A DNA stretch of 40,000 nucleotides. Origin: Methyloligellaceae bacterium (GTDB lineage Bacteria; Pseudomonadota; Alphaproteobacteria; Rhizobiales; Methyloligellaceae). Of the stretch, positions 9,123 through 18,816 are shown in pieces. The stretch's first letter is position 1. Each line of letters opens with the position of its first letter. A program made the position numbers and the translations under genes. Location: positions 1 to 40,000 of the forward strand of contig OZ245780.1 in the NCBI GenBank assembly GCA_965227905.1, read 5' to 3'. The notes under the pieces were generated by a model, which saw only the letters and a list, made by a program, of their open reading frames with translations, was not told where the DNA came from and made no database searches.

Positions 9123-10499
9123 TCAGCCTTCCGCTTCGATTTTTTCGAGATTGGCCCGCAAGGCCATGCCGTACTCGTATTTCGAGAGGCAGATATAGGA
9201 GCAAAGCGCCAGATCTTCCTCGTCCAGCTCAAGAGCGCCGAGGGCTTGCGCTTCGTCCGTATCCATCACCAACAGAGCACGCAGCAGCTGGGTTGCGAGG
9301 ATATCGAACGGCATTACGTCTTCGTAGAGACCGACGGGAACCATGGCCCGCGGACTGCCATTGAGATTGGTATGGAAGTCGTATTTCTTGCGTCTCGCGA
9401 ACAGGCTCGAAAGGTGGACGTTGGCGGTGGCGAATTTCCGCATGCTGGGGATGATCCAGCCGAAGGCTTCTCGCTTGCGCCCCTCTTCCATCAAAGTGAT
9501 CTGCTGATGGAACCGCCCGAGATAGGCGAGCGGACCGATAGCCGTGCGCCCGGTCAACACGCTGCCGGAAATGATGCGCACTTCGCCCCCATCAACCTCG
9601 CCGGCGATAAGGTCCTGGGTCGAGGCGCCGACACGAGTACGCAAGAGCCTTGGCTTTGCTGCGGCGGGGCCGGCCAGAGAAATGATTCGCTCGGTCGGCA
9701 GGCGACCCGTCCGGAAGAGCTCACCGATGGCCGTCACGTCCTGGTAGTTGATGGACCAGACGGTTTTCTCGGCATGCACCGGGTCGAGCAGATGAATGTG
9801 GAGCCCTGCCATTCCCGCAGGATGCGGCCCGGTGAAAGACGCCTGCCTGATGTTTTCAGCGTCGATTTCGGGGATTTCGGCTCTGGGATCGGAACAAATA
9901 TAGACCGGTCCGTCGGTGAGCTTGGCAAGGATCCGGGCACCATTCGCGAAATCATCCGGATTGTCGGCAATGACGATGGCAGCATCGGCGGCAAGGGGGC
10001 TTGTGTCCATTGCCGTGATGAAAATCGCTGCCGGCGTCGACTGGGGGTCGGGTGTCTTGGAGTAGGGCCGCGTTCGAAGCGTCGGCCACAATCCGGACTC
10101 GACCAGCGTTTTCCGGACAGTCTCAGGCTTCATGCCGCCGATTTTGGAGGCGGCGCGTTTCGTAAAGGAGACGGCGCCGGCCTTCTGGTCGATTTCGATC
10201 ACGACCGACAACAGTGCCCGGCGGTCACCGCGATTGATTTCACGAACCGTTCCCCCGGCCGGAGCTGTGTGGACGACGTCCGCAAACCGCTTGTCCGCAT
10301 AAAGCGGTTGGCCGAGCTGAACCGTGTCGCCGACGTCGACCAGTATGCGGGGCTTGAGCCCGCGATAATCGGTACCGACGATCGCGCACGACGTGGCATC
10401 GCGTGCATCGCTGATCGCCTGTTCCGGAGCGCCAGTAATCGGAAGGTCGAGCCCTCGCTTTATGGTGAAGGTGTCGCTTGCCATTCCCTGCCTGATCAA
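9123..10499 (-). CDS. nqrA: Na+-NQR subunit A
   Basis: The soluble 458-aa product begins ...[17 protein letters not shown], typical of NqrA, and is the first gene of the operon. The real start may be the ATG at 10484 (MASDTF...), since the ORF-track start at 10499 is TTG. Confidence 0.9.
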   Translation of the reverse strand: MIRQGMASDTFTIKRGLDLPITGAPEQAISDARDATSCAIVGTDYRGLKPRILVDVGDTVQLGQPLYADKRFADVVHTAPAGGTVREINRGDRRALLSVVIEIDQKAGAVSFTKRAASKIGGMKPETVRKTLVESGLWPTLRTRPYSKTPDPQSTPAAIFITAMDTSPLAADAAIVIADNPDDFANGARILAKLTDGPVYICSDPRAEIPEIDAENIRQASFTGPHPAGMAGLHIHLLDPVHAEKTVWSINYQDVTAIGELFRTGRLPTERIISLAGPAAAKPRLLRTRVGASTQDLIAGEVDGGEVRIISGSVLTGRTAIGPLAYLGRFHQQITLMEEGRKREAFGWIIPSMRKFATANVHLSSLFARRKKYDFHTNLNGSPRAMVPVGLYEDVMPFDILATQLLRALLVMDTDEAQALGALELDEEDLALCSYICLSKYEYGMALRANLEKIEAEG

Positions 10500-10622
10500 A
10501 TTGCCGCACCTGGGACGCCTGTCATGGCATTGATTGCCAAGCCTTTACAGACAACCTTTCGCCGCATCCCCAACGAACTGAATATGTGTCCGATTCCCCC
10601 GCATATGCCTACAACGGTCGAC

Positions 10623-11156
10623 TTAACCGACCATTGCCTGCTTGATCTTCAGATTTTCGTATTCCAACTCGTTCAGCCGGTGCTGAACGACATCGCCGAT
10701 GGAAATCAGCCCGCAGAGTTTTTCGTTCTTCAGGACCGGCATATGACGAAACCGACTCGCCGTCATTTTATGCATGACGCTGTCGACCGTATCATCGGGC
10801 ATACAGGTAAAGGGATCGGGCGTCATGACGTCCTTGACCGGGCTTCCAAAGAGGGAAAGACCCTTGGTTTCGACGGAGCGGACAATATCCCGCTCCGAAA
10901 GAATACCAACAGGTTTGCTGTCGCCGGCATGGACGATCAGCAGGACACCGATCTTGCGGCTGTTCAGCTGGCTGATGGCTTCGAGAACGGTTGTCTCGGG
11001 TGTGATCGAGAAGACTTCATTGCCTTTTTGGGCGAGGATCGATGCGACCGTAATACCGGGCTGAGTGGCGCCGAGGGCTGTCGATTCGGTCTGCGAATAG
11101 GTGCGTTTTTGATCTTCATCCTTCTGCATCTGCCCCTGATAAGAAGTCGGTGACAT
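10623..11156 (-). CDS. CBS-pair domain protein
   Basis: Two CBS repeats (VFSITPETTVLEAISQLNSRKIGVLLIV...GILSERDIV and VMTPDPFTCMPDDTVDSVMHKMTASRFRHMPVL...GLISIGDVV). The preferred ATG at 11156 is preceded by GAGGAGGG (complement of 11166-11173). The ORF track extends to 11174. Confidence 0.8.
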   Translation of the reverse strand: MSPTSYQGQMQKDEDQKRTYSQTESTALGATQPGITVASILAQKGNEVFSITPETTVLEAISQLNSRKIGVLLIVHAGDSKPVGILSERDIVRSVETKGLSLFGSPVKDVMTPDPFTCMPDDTVDSVMHKMTASRFRHMPVLKNEKLCGLISIGDVVQHRLNELEYENLKIKQAMVG

Positions 11157-11407
11157 GTCTAAGGCCCTCCTCATCGGATTGCCGCACCCGCCTAAGCATC
11201 GGAACCCATTGGGGTATCGGCAGTCGTTCCCACGTCCAAAGTCGGCATTGCGACAGCCACCAAGTGCGGCTATTTCGACTTTAGCTGACTATTCCCGTCA
11301 TAAAACTAGCCTTTTTTCAATCGTTTTGCATAATCGCCAAAGGGTGTATTCGAGGTCTGATGCTGATAGCGGTCGATTTCGATCGTGCGGCCCGAATCAA
11401 GGAAGAG

Positions 11408-12466
11408 ATGATGCGGCATTTGATTTCACGACGCGATGTCTTGAAAGGGGCGCAAAGCCTGGCGCTGACGACGCCCCTGCTGAGCCTGGTTGGATGCCAG
11501 GAACTGGTCGCCGGTTCGGGTCTTACCGTGATCGACGGCGAGACCATGGGCACGACCTATTCCGTAAAAGTTGCCGATGCGCCGAAAGCGCTTGGCGCCA
11601 AGCGCATGGCGGCGGATATCGATCGGCTCCTGGAGACCGTCAATCAGCAAATGTCGACCTACCGGTCTGATTCGGAGCTTTCGCGCTTCAACAAGGCTGG
11701 CGCCGGGACCTGGATCGACGTGTCGCCGGATACCGCCACGGTCATCGCCGAGGCCGGCCGCCTCAGCGAACTCACAGCAGGTGCTTTCGACACGACGGTC
11801 GGTCCGCTGGTCGATCTGTGGGGTTTCGGTCCTGGAGATGGCTCTAAATCCGTCCCCTCGGAGGCCCAGATCGCGGGCGTTCGTGACAAGATTGGCTATC
11901 GGAATGTTCAGCTCCGTTCGTCAGCCCCTGCGGTCTCCAAAGATCAGGCGGATATCCAGGTCGATCTTTCCGGCATCGCAAAGGGTTTTGGTGTCGACAA
12001 GATTGCCGACTATCTGTTGCAGGCCCGAGCGAAGCACTTTCTTGTCGAGGTTGGCGGCGACATGCGGAGCAGCGGCCTTAATGCGAATGGCAAACCCTGG
12101 CAGATCGGCATCGAGAAGCCGTTGACGGGCCGCGGCGAGCTTCAGCAGATCGTGCCGCTTTCTGGTCAGGCCATGGCGACGTCGGGCGACTACCGGATCT
12201 TCTTCGAGCGCGAAGGCACCCGTTACTCGCATATCGTCAATCCTCAAACCGGCCGTCCCGTTACGCATGCCTTGGCGTCTGTCACCGTCGTCGCGGAAAC
12301 GGCGATGCAGGCGGATGCGTTGTCGACGGCGCTTTTCGTTCTTGGCCCGGATGCCGGGCTTGAGCTGGCGAAAACGCAGAACATCGCGGCCTTCTTCATT
12401 GCGAAGGATGGCGACGATCTCAGAGCGTTTTCGTCACCAGCCTTTGCCGACGTCCTCAAGACCTGA
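11408..12466 (+). CDS. apbE: FAD:protein FMN transferase ApbE (lipoprotein-type signal)
   Basis: MMRHLISRRDVLKGAQSLALTTPLLSLVGC is a Tat/lipobox-like leader. The family motifs MSTYRSDSELSRFN, GIAKGFGVDKIA and ATSGDY are present. AAGGAAGAG lies just upstream of the twin ATGs at 11408/11411. The ORF track starts at 11360. Confidence 0.9.
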   Translation: MMRHLISRRDVLKGAQSLALTTPLLSLVGCQELVAGSGLTVIDGETMGTTYSVKVADAPKALGAKRMAADIDRLLETVNQQMSTYRSDSELSRFNKAGAGTWIDVSPDTATVIAEAGRLSELTAGAFDTTVGPLVDLWGFGPGDGSKSVPSEAQIAGVRDKIGYRNVQLRSSAPAVSKDQADIQVDLSGIAKGFGVDKIADYLLQARAKHFLVEVGGDMRSSGLNANGKPWQIGIEKPLTGRGELQQIVPLSGQAMATSGDYRIFFEREGTRYSHIVNPQTGRPVTHALASVTVVAETAMQADALSTALFVLGPDAGLELAKTQNIAAFFIAKDGDDLRAFSSPAFADVLKT

Positions 12467-12474
12467 CGAACCCG

Positions 12475-14274
12475 CTAGTCGTTCGCCCGCACTTTGACGT
12501 AGGAGCCCGGCGCGTCCTCGATCACTTTCAGCTTGCCGCTGCCGGGCTTGCGCGCGGTGACCATCGGCCCGCCTTTTCGTTTCAGCCAGGGGCCCCAGTC
12601 GGACCACCATGACCCTTCATGGTGCTTCGCCGAAGCCAGCCATTCCTGTGGGTCTTCATTCTTGCTGCGGTTGATCCAGTAGCCGTATTTCTTCTTGGTC
12701 GGCGGATTGACGACACCGGCAATATGGCCCGATGCGCCGAGCACGAAGCGGACCGAGCCCGAAAGCAGATGCGTTGCCGGAAAGCAGGACGCCCATGGTG
12801 CGATGTGGTCTTCCTTGGTGGCCAGGAAGTAGCTGGGAGTCTTGATCTTGCCGATGTCGATCGGAACGCCATCGAGCTGGATATGGCCGGGTTTCCGCAG
12901 GCCGTTTTCGATGTAGAATTTGCGGACATATTCGGAAAGCATCTTGGCAGGCAGGGCAGTCGAGTCGGCATTCCAATAGAGAAGATCGAACGCCATCGGC
13001 TCCTTGCCGCGCAGATAATTGTTCACGACGAACGACCAGATCAGATCGTTCTCGCGCATCATGGAGAAGATGTTCGCAAGCCGCTTGCCTTCCAGATAGC
13101 CGGTATCGGTAATCGAGCCTTCTATCAGGGAGAGCTGCGCATCATCGATGAAGACCGAGATCTCACCGACATCCTCGAAGTCGACCATGGTCGTCAGGAA
13201 TGTCGCTGAGTTGACGCGCTTGTCATTCTTCGCCGCCATGTAGGCCAGGGTCGCCACGCTCAGGATGCCGCCGATACAGAAGCCGAGCAGGTTGATGCTC
13301 TTCTCGCCTGTGGCTTTCTCGATCGCATCGAACGCCGCCAGCGGACCCTCGAGCATGTAGTCTGTCATCGTCTTTTCGGCGAGTGCCTTGGTTGGATTGG
13401 CCCAGGAGATAACGAAGAGTGTATGGCCCTGGTCAACCGCCCACTTGATGAGGCTGTTCTTGGGCTGAAGATCGAGAATGTAGAACTTGTTGATCCAAGG
13501 CGGCACGAACAGGAGCGGTCGTTTGTGGACCTGCTTGGTGGATGGCGCATATTGGATGAGCTGCATCAGGTCGTTCTGGAAGACGACCTTGCCCGGCGTT
13601 GCAGCAACATTCTTCCCGAGCTCGAAGGCGGATTCATCCGTCATCGAGATCTTGAGCTGTCCTTTGCCGCGCTCCAGGTCTCCGAGCATGTTCTTCAGAC
13701 CGCTCAGGAGATTTTCCCCGCCGGTCTCCATCGTCTCGCGAACAACGACCGGATTGGTCAGCGCATAGTTCGTAGGCGACATGGCACTCATGAACTGACG
13801 CGTAAAGAAATCGACTTTCGCCCGTTCCTTTTCATCCAGCCCGTCGACGTCCTGCACCACGGTGCGCACCCATTCCGACGTCAGCAGATAGGACTGTTTG
13901 AGATAGTCGAAGAACGGCTCGTCCTGCCAGGCCTGATCGGCAAACCGGCGATCTCCATTCTCCGGCTTTGCCACAGCACCGGGCTCCAGTCCCGAGGCGC
14001 GGGTCATCATCGTTCGCCAAAGCGCAAAATTACCCTGCCAGAAATCCATGCTCGACCGAGCCGCTGTCATGGGATCGGTCATCATCTTCTGACCGAGCTG
14101 CAGAAAGGCGTTCGACACACCCTCGACATCGAACAGGTTCGTGCCGCGGCCCATCTCGTTCTGCTGCACAAAGGCGTTGACGACCATCTGGCTCTTGGTG
14201 GCCAGGTCCATCCACTCCTTTGCAATCTTCTCAGGGTTGGGAAGGTTCGGCCCGGGGCCTTTCGCATCTGTCAT
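12475..14274 (-). CDS. phaC: class I poly(3-hydroxyalkanoate) synthase
   Basis: ~600 aa with the lipase-box variant LLGFCIGGIL, and WINKFYILDL and DHIAPW segments typical of PhaC. The ATG at 14274 (MTDAKGPG...) is preferred over the GTG at 14310 given in the ORF track. Confidence 0.9.
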   Translation of the reverse strand: MTDAKGPGPNLPNPEKIAKEWMDLATKSQMVVNAFVQQNEMGRGTNLFDVEGVSNAFLQLGQKMMTDPMTAARSSMDFWQGNFALWRTMMTRASGLEPGAVAKPENGDRRFADQAWQDEPFFDYLKQSYLLTSEWVRTVVQDVDGLDEKERAKVDFFTRQFMSAMSPTNYALTNPVVVRETMETGGENLLSGLKNMLGDLERGKGQLKISMTDESAFELGKNVAATPGKVVFQNDLMQLIQYAPSTKQVHKRPLLFVPPWINKFYILDLQPKNSLIKWAVDQGHTLFVISWANPTKALAEKTMTDYMLEGPLAAFDAIEKATGEKSINLLGFCIGGILSVATLAYMAAKNDKRVNSATFLTTMVDFEDVGEISVFIDDAQLSLIEGSITDTGYLEGKRLANIFSMMRENDLIWSFVVNNYLRGKEPMAFDLLYWNADSTALPAKMLSEYVRKFYIENGLRKPGHIQLDGVPIDIGKIKTPSYFLATKEDHIAPWASCFPATHLLSGSVRFVLGASGHIAGVVNPPTKKKYGYWINRSKNEDPQEWLASAKHHEGSWWSDWGPWLKRKGGPMVTARKPGSGKLKVIEDAPGSYVKVRAND

Positions 14275-14426
14275 TGGACCGATTCCATCGTCATTCCACG
14301 CAATACACACATTCTATTCGCCGTCGCCGAGCGAACGACGGGCGGCTTCAGCTCGCAAGCTGACCATAGTCTATGCTGATTTGCAGCGGGACGTTAGTCG
14401 GTTGCAGCGAAAGTCTATGGGTTGGT

Positions 14427-15176
14427 TTATGGCCGCTGAACGGTGGGCTTGCCCATGTCGTGACCCATGGCGCTGTGGTCGACGGCTGCGTGATGGCTGT
14501 GATGTCCGCCAAAAGCCGAAAAGCAGGTATAGACGCCGAACAAAATCACACTCGCGCCCGCAATCTGCCGCATGGCCGGCTTTCGAACCAGGGCCATGAC
14601 ATGCTCGGCGACACCGCCCATCGCAAGCAGTACCGGCAATGTCCCGAGCCCGAAGCCCAGCATGATCAACGCACCCTGCCCCGGCGAGGCTGCCACGATC
14701 GCGAGCGCCAGAGCGGAATAGACCAGGCCGCACGGCAGCCACCCCCAGACCAGACCAAGTCCGAAAGCACGCAGGGGCGTTTCTGCCGGCAGGAAGCGAC
14801 TGCCAATGGGCTGGATTCGTTTCCAGAGGTGGAGCCCGAGTTTCTCAAGCACGGTAATGGCATGCCACCATCCCGCGAGATAGAAGCCCAAGAGGATCAT
14901 CAAAATACCGGCAATCAGGCGTCCGATCGGCGCGATTTCGCCAAGCGTCGTTTCTGCAATAAGCGAGCCTGCAAAGCCGGCCAGAGCGCCCGCGAGGACA
15001 TAGCTCGCGATGCGCCCTGCATTGTAGGAGAGATGATGACCGATCCGCGAAAGCGGCGATCGCCCTGATTGCGGCAAACTTGCGTTGAGAGCACCGACGA
15101 TCCCGCCGCACATGCCGATGCAGTGCGTTGACCCGATAAGGCCAATCGTGAGCGCGGTTATGAAGGGCAGTTCCAT
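14427..15176 (-). CDS. DsbD_2 / TauE-like membrane protein with HCxGMCGG motif and His-rich C-terminal tail
   Basis: 249-aa polytopic protein. The N-terminal helix carries GSTHCIGMCGGIVGA and a later helix carries WLPCGLVY. The C-terminus, GGHHSHHAAVDHSAMGHDMG, is His/Met-rich and looks like a metal-binding tail. It starts 24 nt downstream of the P1B ATPase. Confidence 0.7.
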   Translation of the reverse strand: MELPFITALTIGLIGSTHCIGMCGGIVGALNASLPQSGRSPLSRIGHHLSYNAGRIASYVLAGALAGFAGSLIAETTLGEIAPIGRLIAGILMILLGFYLAGWWHAITVLEKLGLHLWKRIQPIGSRFLPAETPLRAFGLGLVWGWLPCGLVYSALALAIVAASPGQGALIMLGFGLGTLPVLLAMGGVAEHVMALVRKPAMRQIAGASVILFGVYTCFSAFGGHHSHHAAVDHSAMGHDMGKPTVQRP

Positions 15177-15200
15177 TTGGGTTTGCGTTGCCTTTTATCT

Positions 15201-17588
15201 TCAGACCTTGGCGGAGCCGACACTGGCCGGTGTATTGGCGAGCGTCCGGTTCGATGTTTCGACGAGAGCGGCGTCGCCATGAATTCCAAGAGGCCGCGAA
15301 GAATTCCAAACCACGAGCAGACTGCTGGCCGACATCGCCAGGGCGGCAAAGAGCGGATTGAGATGCCCGCTCATGGCGAGAGGAATGGCTGTCGCATTGT
15401 AAAGTAGCGCCCATCCGAGGTTCTGGCGGACCCGGCGGCGCGTCACGGCGATGACATCGAAGGCGTCAAAAATCCGACTAAGCCGGTCGCCCGGAATGAC
15501 GACATCGGCAGCGTCGACCGCGAGTGCCGTCGGTGCACCGAATGCAATGCCGAGATCGGCAGCGGCCAGTGCCGGCGCATCGTTGCTGCCATCGCCAATC
15601 ATGACAACCGTGCCCTCGGACTTCAGGCGCCGGATGACGGCGGCCTTGGCCTCCGGGGGTACACCCGCATAGACCTCGTCCACCCTGTCCTCGTAACCGC
15701 TTGGGTGCTCGGCGCCGGTGAGCAGGACGACGCGTGTGCGGCTGCGAAGCCGGTCGACGACATCCTCCCATTCGGGGCGTGATCGATCCGAAGTGACGAT
15801 CGCGCCATGGACGACCCCGTCCCAGCCGACGAACGAAACAACGCCCTCGCCCTGTTCGACCCTGTCAGTCGAGGCGACAATTCGGTCCGGGATCTCCCAA
15901 CCGAGTGTTGCGAAGAGTGTTCGCGCGCCGACAGCAACATTGTGGCCTTCCACCGTTGCGACAGCCCCGCGGCCTGGATGTATGACGAGGTCGCTGGACG
16001 AAAAGCGGTCATCCAAACGGGCGATAGCCTGGGCGATGGGATGACCCGAGCGGCGCTCGACAGCTGCGGCATATTCGATCACCTGCGGTGCTCCGAAGGT
16101 CTCGACAACCGTCATATCGCCCGTTGACAGCGTTCCGGTTTTGTCGATCGCCACAATGTCGATCTGCCGGACTTTCTCGAAGACATCTGCACTGGTCAGA
16201 ATGATGCCGTGGCGCAGTGCCGTGCTCACCGCTGCAGCAGAGGTCAGCGGAATTGCAAGACCGAAGGTGCACGGGCACGAGACGATCAATGTCGCGAGCC
16301 CCGTCAGCAATGCAAACCCGACTGGCGCACCGAGGAACAGCGATCCTGCCGTCACCAGCGCCGCCAGAACGAGAACGCCAGGGACAAAGACCCGCGCCAG
16401 CCGGTCCGCAAATCCGCGCGCGCCGGCAAGCGAGCTTTGGACGCTCCAGAGGACACGCGAGAGCGTATCCACCTGGCTCGTCGCCAACGGCCCCGCCTCA
16501 AACTCGATCTCTCCTTCGACGACGACTGTTCCGCCCAGCACCTCATCGCCAGGACCGCGCGTGACCGGAAACGGTTCACCGGTCATTAGTGACTCATCGA
16601 CAGCCGCCTCTCCCTTGACGATGGTGCCATTGAGCGGGACAGGCTCATACTGCCAGACGACAATGCGGTCGTTCGGCTTGAGGTCTGCAATGTTCCGTTG
16701 GATCAGTTCGCCATTGTCACGAATGCGGGCGAATGGCGAGCAGACATCCATGAGCTTTGTAAGCTCGTCGGTTGCCTCACCTCGCGCGCCTTGCTCGAAA
16801 TAGCGCCCGACGGTGACCACAGTGACGATAGCAGCGGCGACATCGAAGTAGAGTTCGAGCGAGCCCGCGATCAACTGGCCGACGCTGTAGGCATAAGCAG
16901 CCAGAATGGCGATCGCCAACAAATTGTCCATGTTGAGGACACCCGCCCGAAGGCCGATCCAGGCACCCCGAAAGATCGGAGCCCCGGCATAGGCGATCAG
17001 GATTGTCGTGAGTGCGAAGAGCACGTGCGGAACGGCAAAGAATGCAAGCCAGCGAACCGGCTCCAGGTCTTCGATCGGGACGATCCCCAAATGGGTTGGA
17101 TAATAGAAGGCGAGATAGAGCATCATGATCACGGCGGCGATCGAAGTCGCGGCGGTGACGCGCAGCAAAGACATGCGGTCGTCATGCTCGTCGGGAATAT
17201 CGCTCCGCTGCCGGGCTGTGTAACCGGCCCGGCTCAGGCGCTTCGGCAGCTGGGCTGCGTCGATGCGTTCCGGGTCGTAGATGATCTTCGCGGTCGCGGT
17301 GGCATAGCTGGAGGCCACGGACAGGATGCCGTCGATCCTTTGGGACGTGCGCTCAAACAGAATCTCGCAGGATGAACAATGCATCCCGTCGATCCGCAGG
17401 AAGGCCTCCTCTCCCTCAGGTATCACCTCAGCCTCAGCGGCAGCATCCGACTGTCTGGCGCTTAAGACATCTTCGCCGAAATGCCGATACACTTCCCTGC
17501 ATCCAATGCAGCAGAACGCATGCCCGTCGCCCTCAATCGGCGGGCCCGGGTTCGGCAGCGCACAGAGTTTGCAATCGGTTGCGGGCAT
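15201..17588 (-). CDS. heavy-metal (probably Cu) translocating P1B-type ATPase, FixI/CcoI-like N-terminus
   Basis: Shows the N-terminal Cys cluster CKLCALP...FCCIGCREVY, the HMA motif DGMHCSSCE and the TM metal site SCPCTFGLAIP. Also shows the phosphorylation site DKTGTLS and the hinge GDGSNDAPAL. The ATG at 17588 (MPATDCKLC) is preferred over the TTG at 17606. Confidence 0.9.
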   Translation of the reverse strand: MPATDCKLCALPNPGPPIEGDGHAFCCIGCREVYRHFGEDVLSARQSDAAAEAEVIPEGEEAFLRIDGMHCSSCEILFERTSQRIDGILSVASSYATATAKIIYDPERIDAAQLPKRLSRAGYTARQRSDIPDEHDDRMSLLRVTAATSIAAVIMMLYLAFYYPTHLGIVPIEDLEPVRWLAFFAVPHVLFALTTILIAYAGAPIFRGAWIGLRAGVLNMDNLLAIAILAAYAYSVGQLIAGSLELYFDVAAAIVTVVTVGRYFEQGARGEATDELTKLMDVCSPFARIRDNGELIQRNIADLKPNDRIVVWQYEPVPLNGTIVKGEAAVDESLMTGEPFPVTRGPGDEVLGGTVVVEGEIEFEAGPLATSQVDTLSRVLWSVQSSLAGARGFADRLARVFVPGVLVLAALVTAGSLFLGAPVGFALLTGLATLIVSCPCTFGLAIPLTSAAAVSTALRHGIILTSADVFEKVRQIDIVAIDKTGTLSTGDMTVVETFGAPQVIEYAAAVERRSGHPIAQAIARLDDRFSSSDLVIHPGRGAVATVEGHNVAVGARTLFATLGWEIPDRIVASTDRVEQGEGVVSFVGWDGVVHGAIVTSDRSRPEWEDVVDRLRSRTRVVLLTGAEHPSGYEDRVDEVYAGVPPEAKAAVIRRLKSEGTVVMIGDGSNDAPALAAADLGIAFGAPTALAVDAADVVIPGDRLSRIFDAFDVIAVTRRRVRQNLGWALLYNATAIPLAMSGHLNPLFAALAMSASSLLVVWNSSRPLGIHGDAALVETSNRTLANTPASVGSAKV

Positions 17589-17770
17589 AAGCACTCGACA
17601 AATCAAACAGAACTCAGTCTGTCAGAGTCTGACACATCATCGCGATGCGCATCTTTTTTTTCGTTCGCACCAGTGGTGCAAGGATTCCTATCGATACGGC
17701 CAACACTCTGCTTCACTGCGATACTCAAAGCTCATTCTGTCATGCGGAAATTTACATTCCTAATAATGAC

Positions 17771-17796
17771 AAAAAAATCCCGTTATGAGGGATTTT
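17771..17796 (-). terminator. rho-independent-terminator-like hairpin (orphan)
   Basis: AAATCCC (17775-17781), loop gttatga, GGGATTT (17789-17795). On the minus strand the stem is followed by a run of 7 T (complement of the A-run at 17771-17777). There is no convincing protein gene upstream of it on the minus strand. Confidence 0.35.
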
Positions 17797-18227
17797 CGGC
17801 AATACTGGCTTGATTGAATCTACCTATCTATAAATCGGTGACGGCAAACCTATGCCTGATCCAGCGGGCGAATATGCTTGAGATTCAGAGCTGTATGCCA
17901 GTTCCCGATCCTTGAAGCGAGACGTCGTTTCCCGATGGAGCAATTGCATTGGGTTGCTCGACGCCATGTAGGCGGTTGAGGTAGAATCATATTCCAATAA
18001 ACGATACTTTGGTAGGAGCTGCCTAGAAATTCATCAACCGTGGGCGCCTGGGCGCTGACCGATTCGATCCGCATGAAAAAATCGGATCGGGGCTGCAGCA
18101 CAACCGGCGTCTTCTCGATGGGCCCATCTTGGCAGCGGCAAAAGGTCAAAGGGTGAGAAGATCCGATGATTGCCAATCGGACAAGGCTCTTTCGACCAGC
18201 CTTGTTTCATAGGGGAGGTCATTATTG

Positions 18228-18794
18228 ATGCTGGACTTTATCTACCAGACGGGCTGGGGCGCATTCACGGTCATGCTGTTCTTTCAGCTCCCTTTCGCGT
18301 TGTTCTTCCTCTACGTGGTGTTTCGGAAATCGGCACCCAATTCCGGTTCGGGAACCGCGGCCGAAGGCAAGATCAACGTCCTGAAATATGTCTGGATGGG
18401 CTCAGTCGTCGTCCTCTTCCTCATAGTCAACATCTTAAGCATTCAGTTCATCCCCGCAGTCTCGACCGCGCGCGCGATCGCGTCGGGTGAGCCCATTCTG
18501 GATGTAGACGTTAAGGCAGAGTCCTGGAGTTATGAGATCTCCAAACGGGAGTTCGATGCCGGCACAGCTGTCCGCTTTAATGTCAAGAGCGTCGACACCG
18601 TGCATGGCTTTGCCGTCTACCATCCCAATGGAAAAATTCTTTTCACCATGATGCTTGTCCCCGGCGTCAAGGACTCTTCGCTTGTCTACAAGTTCAAGGA
18701 TCCGGGGGTCTACAAGGTGCGGTGCCTGGAATATTGCGGCATCGCGCATCATGGAATGTTTGACGAGATAATCGTCAAAGAACGCAGCAGCTAA
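18228..18794 (+). CDS. heme-copper oxidase subunit II (CuA cupredoxin, B-family/ba3-like)
   Basis: AGGGGAGG (18211-18218) lies 9 nt before the ATG at 18228. The product has two N-terminal TM helices followed by a cupredoxin domain. The complete CuA motif is present: VHGFAV...CLEYCGIAHHGM (H...CxExCGxxHxxM). Confidence 0.85.
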   Translation: MLDFIYQTGWGAFTVMLFFQLPFALFFLYVVFRKSAPNSGSGTAAEGKINVLKYVWMGSVVVLFLIVNILSIQFIPAVSTARAIASGEPILDVDVKAESWSYEISKREFDAGTAVRFNVKSVDTVHGFAVYHPNGKILFTMMLVPGVKDSSLVYKFKDPGVYKVRCLEYCGIAHHGMFDEIIVKERSS

Positions 18795-18816
18795 CCGGCG
18801 AGGGGAGGACTCCATC

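Noticed and set aside
6924-11153. 1409-aa stop-free ORF on the + strand
   Set aside because: It lies entirely antisense to nqrD, nqrC, nqrB, nqrA and the CBS gene, all of which have unmistakable family motifs on the minus strand. Its translation is Arg/Asp/His/Gly-rich low-complexity sequence with no recognisable domain. It is a shadow ORF produced by GC-rich codon bias.
13423-14379. 318-aa + strand ORF
   Set aside because: It is antisense to phaC, whose minus-strand frame carries the PhaC lipase box and conserved blocks.
17850-18176. 108-aa minus-strand ORF in the ATPase/oxidase spacer
   Set aside because: It has no RBS, an odd composition and no recognisable motif. The region is treated as non-coding or possibly sRNA-encoding instead.
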